Origin: Actinomycetota bacterium
Lineage (GTDB): Bacteria; Actinomycetota; JAICYB01
Length of the DNA stretch: 64,000 nt
Direction of reading: 5' to 3'
Assembly (NCBI GenBank): GCA_035640475.1
Contig: DASQWC010000215.1
Span: 1,450 to 65,449 of the forward strand
Shown: positions 45,912-53,692 of the stretch, in pieces
How the letters are laid out: each line of letters starts with the position of its first letter
Position numbering within the stretch: the first letter of the stretch is position 1
Translations under genes and position numbers: made by a program
The notes under the pieces: generated by a model
The model's input: only the letters and a program-made list of their open reading frames with translations
Database searches by the model: none
Told to the model about the DNA's origin: nothing

Positions 45912-46261
45912 TACGACCCACCAGCCGACGCCACCCCGATTTCGCTCAGCGAGCCGTGGATGGTGAAAATGCGGTCGAGGCCGGTGATTTCGAGCACGCG
46001 ACCGACGGCGGGACGAATACCGGCGAGCACCATGGCGCCCCCGGCTTCGCGCAGCCGCTTGAGGGCGCCGATCAGCACGCCGAGACCGGTCGAATCCATG
46101 AACTCGACTCCCGTGAGGTCGATCGCGATGCGGTGGTTTCCCTGATCGATCAGGTCGTAGATACCGCGGCGCAATTGTGGAGCCGACGCGAGATCGACCT
46201 CACCTTGGAGGTGGACGACCATCCAGTCACCATCGGGTTTGGTGTGCAATTCGAACTTGAT
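45911..46261 (-). CDS. anti-sigma factor antagonist (STAS domain)
   Basis: Part of ORF 45911..46741. VVHLQGEVDLASAPQLR...IDLTGVEFMDSTGLGVLIGA (phosphorylatable Ser in DSTG). No ATG/GTG/TTG sits at a sensible position; ATC 46261 follows AAGGA by 5 nt. Confidence 0.75.
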   Translation of the reverse strand: MKFELHTKPDGDWMVVHLQGEVDLASAPQLRRGIYDLIDQGNHRIAIDLTGVEFMDSTGLGVLIGALKRLREAGGAMVLAGIRPAVGRVLEITGLDRIFTIHGSLSEIGVASAGGS

Positions 46262-46336
46262 ACTGTTCCTTTCGCGCGAGATACCCGGCGGCCGGATCCA
46301 GCAAACCGAGCCGAATCTACCTCGTGGGAGGGCCGG

Positions 46337-46768
46337 ATGGCAGCCTCGGTAGGAGAGCCACAGGTTGGATCGGTCGGGCGCGGGGTCATCCTGACCGTCC
46401 CGGCCCGACCCGATGTCGTCCAGGTCGTCCGGACGGTTGTCGGGAGCATTGCCTCCCGGCTCGGCTTCCCCTACGACCAGGTCGACGACGTGCGTCTTGC
46501 CACCAGTGAGATCGTCGCCCACCTGCTCGAGGAGAACCCGCCGCCCGAAGCTCTTGTCGTCGAGGTGCACGAGACGGAGACCGGCATCGAGGTCGAGGCC
46601 TCGCGCACGACGGGCACGAAGGCGTGGCCACCGACCGGAGCCCGGCACTCTCTCACGACGCTGATCTTGCGCGCACTCGCCGACGACGCGTCGTTCGAGC
46701 AAAGTGATCACGGCCCGGCGATCCGGTTCGCCAAGCGTCACGGAACGGGTGCCGCGCCCGTTCCATGA
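46337..46768 (+). CDS. degenerate RsbW-like anti-sigma factor paralogue (no recognisable ATP-binding boxes)
   Basis: Tail of ORF 45902..46768; ATG 46337 follows GGGAGG. The N-terminal helix region resembles RsbW (VVQVVRTVVGSIASRLGFPYDQVDDVRLATSEIVAHLLEE), but N/G1/G2 boxes are absent. The stop overlaps the sigma gene start (ATGA). Confidence 0.6.
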   Translation: MAASVGEPQVGSVGRGVILTVPARPDVVQVVRTVVGSIASRLGFPYDQVDDVRLATSEIVAHLLEENPPPEALVVEVHETETGIEVEASRTTGTKAWPPTGARHSLTTLILRALADDASFEQSDHGPAIRFAKRHGTGAAPVP

Positions 46769-47535
46769 CCCGGAGAAAGCCCGAAGCGCACGACCTCGAC
46801 CCCCAGGACTCCGAGGAACCCGCAGAGCTGTTCACCCGCGCCAAGACCGATCAGGCGGCGCTGGAGGAGATCGTCGGTCGTTATCACCCGCTGGCCGAGA
46901 GCCTCGCCCGCCGGTATCAGGGCTACGGGGAGCCGATCGACGATCTCGTGCAGGTCGCGAGTATCGGCCTGCTGAACGCCATCGATCGCTTCGACCCCGG
47001 CAGGGGTGTCGGCTTCGCAGCCTTCGCCACACCGACGATCGTCGGCGAGCTGAAGCGTCACTTCCGGGACCGCGGCTGGGCCGTGCGGATGCCGCGGCGG
47101 CTGCAGGAGAACACCCTCAAGTTCCGCCGGTCTCTGTCGGACCTGACCCAGAAGCAGGGCCGCTCGCCCACGGTCGCCGAGCTCGCCGAGGACACGGGCA
47201 TGAGCGAGGACGACGTCCTGGAGGCCGGTGACGCGCTCCTGGCGTACTCGACGACGTCGCTCGATGCTCCGGTCGGAGACGACGTCACGCTCGCGGACAC
47301 CCTTTCCGTCACCGAGTCCGACATCGAGGGGGCGGAGGGCTGGGCCGACCTCGGCCCCCACCTGGCCCGGTTGCCCGAGCGCGAGCAGCGAATCATCGCC
47401 CTGCGCTTCTTCAAAGGCCTGACCCAGACCGAGATCGCCGAGCTGGTCGGGGTGTCGCAGATGCACGTGTCGAGACTGCTGGCCAGGGCCCTGCGCAAGC
47501 TCCGCGCTGCCCTCTCCCCCGGCGGAGAGGTTTAG
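46765..47535 (+). CDS. RNA polymerase sigma factor, SigB/SigF (group 3) family
   Basis: DDLVQVASIGLLNAIDRFDP..G..F..FATPTIVGELKRHFRD..W.VR.PRRL (regions 2-3) and LTQTEIAELVGVSQMHVSRL (region 4.2). Confidence 0.9.
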   Translation: MTRRKPEAHDLDPQDSEEPAELFTRAKTDQAALEEIVGRYHPLAESLARRYQGYGEPIDDLVQVASIGLLNAIDRFDPGRGVGFAAFATPTIVGELKRHFRDRGWAVRMPRRLQENTLKFRRSLSDLTQKQGRSPTVAELAEDTGMSEDDVLEAGDALLAYSTTSLDAPVGDDVTLADTLSVTESDIEGAEGWADLGPHLARLPEREQRIIALRFFKGLTQTEIAELVGVSQMHVSRLLARALRKLRAALSPGGEV

Positions 47536-47578
47536 GAATAAAGCAACTGGGAATGTAGCTGGCAGCGTCTCATCGCGT

Positions 47579-47640
47579 GGGAGGGAGCTCGTTCCCGCGG
47601 GCTCCCTCCCCTGCCCCCTCTTCGGGGGCCTTTTTGTTCT
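47579..47640 (+). terminator. tandem hairpins, the second a canonical intrinsic terminator
   Basis: gggagggagc (47579-88) pairs with gctccctccc (47601-10). Then gccccc-tcttc-gggggc (47613-29) is followed by ctttttgttctt. Confidence 0.7.
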
Positions 47641-47660
47641 TGCGGGCCATTCTGGGCAGG

Positions 47661-47772
47661 CAATTGCGCGCTCCCGCGCGCTCCGCTCAGATCGGGGGCG
47701 CTCACGCGGCCCCCATTCGCGCCTCCGCTTCGCTCCGGCGTGGGGGCCGCTGCGCCCCCCGAACCCCCCGCG
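47661..47772 (+). repeat. GC-rich palindromic repeat element, copy D (longest)
   Basis: caattgcgcgctcccgcgcgctccgctcagatcgggggcgctcacgcgg...cgcctccgcttcgctccggcg...gccgctgcgccccccgaaccccccgcg. The middle segment matches the duplicated unit of copy A in reverse complement. Confidence 0.8.
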
Positions 47773-47808
47773 GAAACAGTTGCGTGAGGCGCGTGTCAGC
47801 ATCGATGG

Positions 47809-50220
47809 GTGACCTCTGAGTTCACAATTCCGACGCCCCTCCAGCTGCCCGTTGAGCGCCAGGGCCCCGACCACTGGCTCTTCGAGGCCGAGGACCGGAC
47901 GGTTCGGCTGTCGAACCTGGGAAAGGTGTACTGGCCCGGAGCCGGCTACACCAAGGGCGACCTGCTCGCGTACTACTACAACGTCGGCGAGCTGATCCTT
48001 CCGCACCTCGCCGGGCGTCCGCTGACGATGAAGCGGATGCCCGACGGCGTCGAGGGCCACGAGTTCTACGAAAAGAACGCCCCGTCGCACACGCCCGACT
48101 GGGTCCCCCGCTGTCTCGTGGAGACCACGGGCAGCCGCAACGACTTCCTGATGGCAGACGGCGTCGCCGCGCTGATGTACGTCGTGAACCTGGGCTGCAT
48201 CGAGTTCCATCCGCTGCATTCGCGCTGCGATCGCATCGACCTGCCCGACTACCTCTTCTTCGACCTCGACCCGAATCCCCCCATCGAGTTCGCCGACGTG
48301 CTCGCCGTTGCTCATCACGTGACGGCTGCGCTCGACGCGCTGTCGCTCCCGTATTACGCGAAGACGTCGGGGCGGCACGGCATGCAGATCTACGTTCCGA
48401 TCCTGCACGGACCGACGTATGAGGACGTCCGTAACTTCGTCGCGGCAATCGGGCGTGCGATCCGCGACGCCGATCCGGACCGGGTAACGATGGAACACGA
48501 CAAGTCGAAGCGCACCGGCAAGGTCTTCATCGACCACAACATGAACCGCTTCGGCGCCAACATCGCGGCCGTCTATTCCCTGCGACCGCGGCCCGAGGCA
48601 ACGGTCTCGACACCCCTGACGGTGGACGAGATCGCCGGCGGGACCGTCACGCCGGAGGACTTCACAATGGTGAACGTTCACGAGCGGTTCGCGCGCACCG
48701 GCGATCTGTTCGAGGGGCTGCAAACCAAACCCGTCGATCTTCGCCCGGCGATGGAAGCGCTCGGCCTGCCGGTCCCCGAGCTCGTCCCGGACGTCGGTGA
48801 GAAGCTCGCCGCCTACGATGCCAAGCGCGATTTCACGAAGACGCCGGAGCCCGAAGGCGGGTCGATCTCGGTGCACGGCTCGCGTTTCGTCATCCAGAAG
48901 CACGCCGCCCGGCGCTTGCATTACGACCTCCGGCTCGAGCGCGACGGCGTGCTGTGCTCGTGGGCGGTCCCCCGGGGACTTCCGACGGTGGCGGGCGAAC
49001 GCCGGCTCGCCGTCCGCACGGAGGACCACCCGATGGAGTACCTCGACTTCGAGGCGTGGATCCCGAAGGGCGAGTACGGCGGCGGAGAGATGCGAATCTT
49101 CGACCGCGGCACCTACGAGGCGCCCGAGTGGGAGCCCAGGAAGATCACCGTTCGCCTGCACGGCGAGCGCGTGCGCGGCGAGTACCACCTCGTCCAGACG
49201 TCACAAGGCTGGCTGATCTTTCTCTCGAAGCGATCGGCCGCCGAACAAGCAGCACCGCCGCCGCCCATGAAACCGATGCTCGCCGAGCCGGGTCATCGGC
49301 CTTTCGACGACGATGCGTGGACGTTCGAGCCCAAGTTCGACGGCGTGAGAACGCTCGCGTACGTCACAACCGACGGCACGACCCTGCACTCGCGTACGGG
49401 CCGCGACCAGACGGCGAGCTACCCGGAGCTAGGCAACCTCGCGACGTACGTCAACGCGATCAACGCGGTCATCGACGGCGAGATCGTCGTCCTCGACCGG
49501 GACGGCCGTCCCTCGTTCCAGATGCTCCAGCAGCGGCTCAACCTGTCGTCGGCGGCCGAGATCGCGCGCGCCCGCGAGCGGCTCCCGGCGCACCTATACG
49601 CCTTCGACATCCTGTGGCTGGACGGCGAGGACCTGACGCAGCTGCCGCTCACCGAACGGCGAGCGAAGCTCGCCGAGACCGTCACGGAGACCGGTCCCGT
49701 CTCGCTCACGTATTCGTCGGACGGCCAGGGCCGCGCCTTCTTCGAGGCCGTCAAGCAGCTCGGACTCGAGGGCATGATCGCCAAGCGTCTGGACAGTCAG
49801 TACGTCTCCGGACGGCGCACGAAGGATTGGCGGAAGGTCAAGGCGCTCCGGACGCAGGACTGCATCGTTCTCGGTTGGACGCCGGGGGGAGGATCGCGGT
49901 CTGACGCATTTGGAGCGCTGCTCGTCGGCGCATACCGCGACGGCGCGCTTGCGTGGATCGGCCAAGTCGGGACGGGCTTCACGGCGAAGCTCCTCGGCGA
50001 GCTCCACGACGTCCTGGCGCCGCTGGAGATCCCGGAGCCGCCGATCTCCGACCCCGAGCTCGGCGCCGTCCGCGGAGCTCACTTCGTCCGTCCCGAGCTC
50101 GTCTGCGCCGTCGAGTACCTGGAGATCACTGCCGGAGGAAAGCTGCGTGCCCCGTCGTTCAAAGGACTGCGTTCGGACAAAACACCGGACGAGTGCATAC
50201 TCGAAGAAGCAGCGATGTAG
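47809..50220 (+). CDS. ligD: ATP-dependent DNA ligase D (polymerase/primase - phosphoesterase - ligase)
   Basis: The Pol domain has LSNLGKVYWP..GYTKGDLL.YY...LPHL.GRPL...R.PDG. The PE domain has FVIQKHAARRLHYDLRLE. The ligase domain has FEPKFDGVR (KxDG). GTG start. Confidence 0.93.
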   Translation: MTSEFTIPTPLQLPVERQGPDHWLFEAEDRTVRLSNLGKVYWPGAGYTKGDLLAYYYNVGELILPHLAGRPLTMKRMPDGVEGHEFYEKNAPSHTPDWVPRCLVETTGSRNDFLMADGVAALMYVVNLGCIEFHPLHSRCDRIDLPDYLFFDLDPNPPIEFADVLAVAHHVTAALDALSLPYYAKTSGRHGMQIYVPILHGPTYEDVRNFVAAIGRAIRDADPDRVTMEHDKSKRTGKVFIDHNMNRFGANIAAVYSLRPRPEATVSTPLTVDEIAGGTVTPEDFTMVNVHERFARTGDLFEGLQTKPVDLRPAMEALGLPVPELVPDVGEKLAAYDAKRDFTKTPEPEGGSISVHGSRFVIQKHAARRLHYDLRLERDGVLCSWAVPRGLPTVAGERRLAVRTEDHPMEYLDFEAWIPKGEYGGGEMRIFDRGTYEAPEWEPRKITVRLHGERVRGEYHLVQTSQGWLIFLSKRSAAEQAAPPPPMKPMLAEPGHRPFDDDAWTFEPKFDGVRTLAYVTTDGTTLHSRTGRDQTASYPELGNLATYVNAINAVIDGEIVVLDRDGRPSFQMLQQRLNLSSAAEIARARERLPAHLYAFDILWLDGEDLTQLPLTERRAKLAETVTETGPVSLTYSSDGQGRAFFEAVKQLGLEGMIAKRLDSQYVSGRRTKDWRKVKALRTQDCIVLGWTPGGGSRSDAFGALLVGAYRDGALAWIGQVGTGFTAKLLGELHDVLAPLEIPEPPISDPELGAVRGAHFVRPELVCAVEYLEITAGGKLRAPSFKGLRSDKTPDECILEEAAM

Positions 50221-50247
50221 GGCAGGGGGAGGCGCCTGACCGACCAA

Positions 50248-52485
50248 TTGCACGACGTTGAGCATGCCGCGGTGCGTGTGCTTGCCGACGCACACACGGT
50301 CGACGAGGCCTATCCGCAGATCCTCGAGGGGATCTGCCGGGCCCTCGATTGGCAGGTCGGCGTGCGCTGGGTCGTCAGTCCGTCGCCGCACGGCGACCGG
50401 CTGCGCTGTGCGGAGGTCTGGCGCCGGGGCGACGACCCGCTCAGTCCGTTCGAGCGCGCGAGTCGGGCACTGCTATTCGAGCGCGGGATCGGGCTTCCCG
50501 GACGTGTGTGGGAGAACCGCCGGGCCGAGTGGATCAGCGACGTCGTCCAGGACCGGAACTTCCCACGAGCCAACGTCGCCGCCGAATCCGACCTTCACGG
50601 CGCCGTCGGCTTTCCGATCGTCGTCAACGGCGACATCTTCGCGGTCATGGAGTTCTTCTCACACAGCGCTCTTGAACCCGACGACGGACTGCTCGGCACG
50701 CTCGAGCGCATCGGGATACAAATCGGTCACTTCGTCGAGCGCGAACAGCTCGGCCGGCGGCTGGTCTTCCACGCGGCCCTGCTCGAGTCGCAGGGAGAGG
50801 CTGCGATCGACGGGATCCTCGTCGTCTCAACCGACGACAAGGTCCTCTATAGCAACCGGCGGTTCCTGGAGATTTGGGACGTCCCGGAGGAGCTCGTCGA
50901 GCCGGGCCGCGATCGCCGGCCGGTCGTCGAGCGTAAAGCCCGCCTGGCCGTGGATCCCGATTACTTCAAACGAATAACGCTCGCCGTCTTCGACGATCCG
51001 GAGGCGAGCAGGCGCGATGAGATCGCACTCGCCGACGGCCGGGTCATCGATCGGTGGACGGCTCCGGTCAAGGGCCCGGACGGCTCGCTTCTGGGCCGGG
51101 CGATGTACTACCGCGACGTCACAACACAGAAGCGGACCGAACAACGACTGCGCGAGAACGAGCGCTGGTACTCGTTCCTTGCGGAAGTGTCCAGCGTCAT
51201 GTCTCAAACGCTCGACTACCGCGCCAATCTGAACCGTCTCGCTCGTATGGCTGTGCCCATGCTCGCCGACTGGTGCGCGATCCACATCGTGGACGACCAG
51301 GGAGACATCGAGCCGGTTGCACTCGCGCACAGCGACCCGAACAGGCTCTCGCTCGCGCAGCGCTTACAGGAGACGTTCCCCGTCGACCCCAGCAGCGAGA
51401 TCGGTCTCGCGGCGGCAGTGAATTCGGGAACGCCGCTCTTGTTCGAGGAGATTCGCGACGACGTGCTCGAATCGGTAGCCCCGGACGCCGAGCAGTTCGC
51501 ACAGCTGCGATCGCTCGGCTTCACGTCGGCGATGGTCGTCCCGCTCGTTTGTCGTGACCGCGTCCTCGGGACACTGACTCTGCTCGCGTCCGATTCCGGA
51601 CGGCGTTACACGAAGGAAGATCTGCGGCTCGCCGAAGACTTGGCAGCCCGTGTTGCGTTTCCGATCGACAATGTTCGCCTCTACGAGCAGCACTCGCGAG
51701 TTGCGCAAACCTTGCAGGAGAGCCTGCTGCCGCCCGAGCTCCCCGAGATTCCCGGCATCGAGGTTGCCGCCCGATACCACGCGGTGATGCGCACAGCGGA
51801 TGTGGGCGGGGACTTCTACGACGTGTTCCCGGCGGGAGAGCGGAGCTGGGGCGTCGCGCTGGGTGACGTGAGCGGCAAAGGTGTCGAAGCGGCGGCGGTC
51901 ACCTCGCTCGCCCGGCACACCCTTCGCGCCGCGACGATGGCAAGCCAGCGGCCGTCGGAGATCCTGTCCGTGCTCAACGCTGCGCTCCTCGACCAGACGG
52001 ACCAAGACCGCTTTTGCACGGCCGTGTACGCGCTCGTCGAGCCACGCTTCGGTCACGTCAACGTGACCGTGTCGTGCGGCGGGCATCCGCTTCCGTACGT
52101 CGTCCGGTCCAATGGAGCGATCGAGGCGATCGCCGCCGAGGGAACCTTGCTCGGCGTAGTGGCTGATCCGCAGCTCACCGACATCTCCGTCGAGCTCGAC
52201 TTCGGTGACAAGCTGATCCTGTACACCGACGGAATCCTCGATGTCCGGCCGCGGGACTCTCGCTTCGGCCAGCCGCAGCTCGAGCAGTTGTTCGCTGCGT
52301 GCGCCAAACGCGGAGCGAACTCGGCGGCCGACCTCATCGAACGCCGGGTGCTCGAGCTCCAGGAGGGCCAGGCCCGGGACGATTTCGCCCTCATGATCTT
52401 CGGCGTGAGGACGTCGATCTTCCGGCGGGTCAGAAGCCCGCGCCTGTGGGCCCGCGGGACTCGAGACGACGACGCGCTGAGCTAA
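50248..52485 (+). CDS. GAF-PAS-GAF sensor fused to a PP2C/SpoIIE-type serine phosphatase
   Basis: C-terminal DVGGDFYDVF...GVALGDVSGKGVEAAAVT...LILYTDGI...DDFALMIF (SpoIIE/PP2C). Upstream GAF-like and PAS-like segments are present. The TTG start is uncertain. Confidence 0.85.
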   Translation: MHDVEHAAVRVLADAHTVDEAYPQILEGICRALDWQVGVRWVVSPSPHGDRLRCAEVWRRGDDPLSPFERASRALLFERGIGLPGRVWENRRAEWISDVVQDRNFPRANVAAESDLHGAVGFPIVVNGDIFAVMEFFSHSALEPDDGLLGTLERIGIQIGHFVEREQLGRRLVFHAALLESQGEAAIDGILVVSTDDKVLYSNRRFLEIWDVPEELVEPGRDRRPVVERKARLAVDPDYFKRITLAVFDDPEASRRDEIALADGRVIDRWTAPVKGPDGSLLGRAMYYRDVTTQKRTEQRLRENERWYSFLAEVSSVMSQTLDYRANLNRLARMAVPMLADWCAIHIVDDQGDIEPVALAHSDPNRLSLAQRLQETFPVDPSSEIGLAAAVNSGTPLLFEEIRDDVLESVAPDAEQFAQLRSLGFTSAMVVPLVCRDRVLGTLTLLASDSGRRYTKEDLRLAEDLAARVAFPIDNVRLYEQHSRVAQTLQESLLPPELPEIPGIEVAARYHAVMRTADVGGDFYDVFPAGERSWGVALGDVSGKGVEAAAVTSLARHTLRAATMASQRPSEILSVLNAALLDQTDQDRFCTAVYALVEPRFGHVNVTVSCGGHPLPYVVRSNGAIEAIAAEGTLLGVVADPQLTDISVELDFGDKLILYTDGILDVRPRDSRFGQPQLEQLFAACAKRGANSAADLIERRVLELQEGQARDDFALMIFGVRTSIFRRVRSPRLWARGTRDDDALS

Positions 52486-53426
52486 CGATCGGACCGGGCG
52501 TCGAGCGCGAGCAGCGCTGCGCCCACGATCCCGGCATCGGAGCCGAGCTCCGCCTTGCGCACCTCGGGAAGCGGACGCCGGTCGGAAGCCTCGACGCGCT
52601 CGCGCATCGCGGCGACGGCTCGTGTCTCGAGCAGATCCCAATCGTTGGCCACACCGCCTGCGATCGCGATGCGCTCGGGCTCGAGGATGTTCACGAGGGA
52701 CCCGAGTCCCCAGCCGACCCACGTGGCGAGACGCTCGACGAGATGTTCGGCGAACGCGTCGCCGTTGCGCGCCCCGCCCGTAATGGCCTTACCGGGAACC
52801 CGTCCGTCGACGATCAGATCGTTCAGCGCGCTGTCCGGCCTCGTCCCGAGCTCGGCCGTCGCCATCCGCTCGAGCGCGAGACCCGACGCGTACTGCTCCC
52901 AGCAGCCCTTGCGCCCACAGCCGCACGGCAGCCCGTCGGGATCGACCATCATGTGCCCGATCTCCGCAGCGCCCCCGTGCGCGCCGCGGTACGGGCGGCC
53001 GTCCACGACGAGACCGCCGCCGATGCCGGTTCCCAGCGTCACGCACAAGAAGTTTGTCGTCCCTTTGCCGACGCCGAAGCGATGCTCGGCCCATGCCGCG
53101 CAGTTCGCATCGTTGTCGAGGCGAGTCGGAAGGTGGACGGCATCCTGAACGAGCTCACACAGCCGGACGTCACGAAGACCGGTGTTCGGTCCGTACAAGT
53201 AGTGACCGGACTCGTAGTCCACGATCCCCGCCGCGCCGATACCAAGCCCAACGGCTCCCTCCGGCGCCAGCTGCTGAACGAGCTCACCGATCTGAGACAC
53301 GACCGAGGTCGGGTCGTCGATGTCGGATGGGAGCTCGCGGCGCTCGAGGATTCGGCCCTCGGATGAGACGACGCCGGCGGAGATCTTGGTGCCGCCGAGG
53401 TCGACACCGACGGCGACCGGCGTCAC
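52482..53426 (-). CDS. ROK-family glucokinase
   Basis: Part of ORF 52482..53648. VGVDLGGTKI..., NDANCAAWAE, TLGTGIGGG, GHMMVDPDGLPCGCGRKGCWEQYASG (ROK Zn motif). The GTG 53426 start overlaps the upstream stop (GTGA). Confidence 0.88.
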   Translation of the reverse strand: MTPVAVGVDLGGTKISAGVVSSEGRILERRELPSDIDDPTSVVSQIGELVQQLAPEGAVGLGIGAAGIVDYESGHYLYGPNTGLRDVRLCELVQDAVHLPTRLDNDANCAAWAEHRFGVGKGTTNFLCVTLGTGIGGGLVVDGRPYRGAHGGAAEIGHMMVDPDGLPCGCGRKGCWEQYASGLALERMATAELGTRPDSALNDLIVDGRVPGKAITGGARNGDAFAEHLVERLATWVGWGLGSLVNILEPERIAIAGGVANDWDLLETRAVAAMRERVEASDRRPLPEVRKAELGSDAGIVGAALLALDARSDR

Positions 53427-53692
53427 TTGCGACGGGTCGTCCGTCGAACGGGAATCTGCTGCACCGTCGCCTGTTTGCGGGCACCCGAGCTGCGCTCCTC
53501 CATGATGTTGAGGAACGCGTCGAGCCCCTCGATCATGCTTTTGAACGCTCCGAGCAGCTCGCGCCCGGCGCGGATCAGGTGCTCGGTCGCCTCCGGCGCC
53601 GCCCCCTGGACGGCCATCGACGCCGTCCCGATCGGGCACGCGTAGCACTCGGGGACGTACTGGCGCGCCTCGCCTTGCGACTTGTCAGCCAT
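53423..53692 (-). CDS. small conserved-looking protein with a CYACPIG motif
   Basis: An 89-aa ORF sandwiched between the ArsA-like and glucokinase genes by 8-nt and 4-nt overlaps. No family recognised with confidence. Confidence 0.55.
   Translation of the reverse strand: MADKSQGEARQYVPECYACPIGTASMAVQGAAPEATEHLIRAGRELLGAFKSMIEGLDAFLNIMEERSSGARKQATVQQIPVRRTTRRK

Noticed and set aside
46738-49188. 816-aa minus-strand ORF
   Set aside because: It is antisense to the sigma factor gene, the terminator/repeat region and ligD, all of which are well supported. A shadow ORF.
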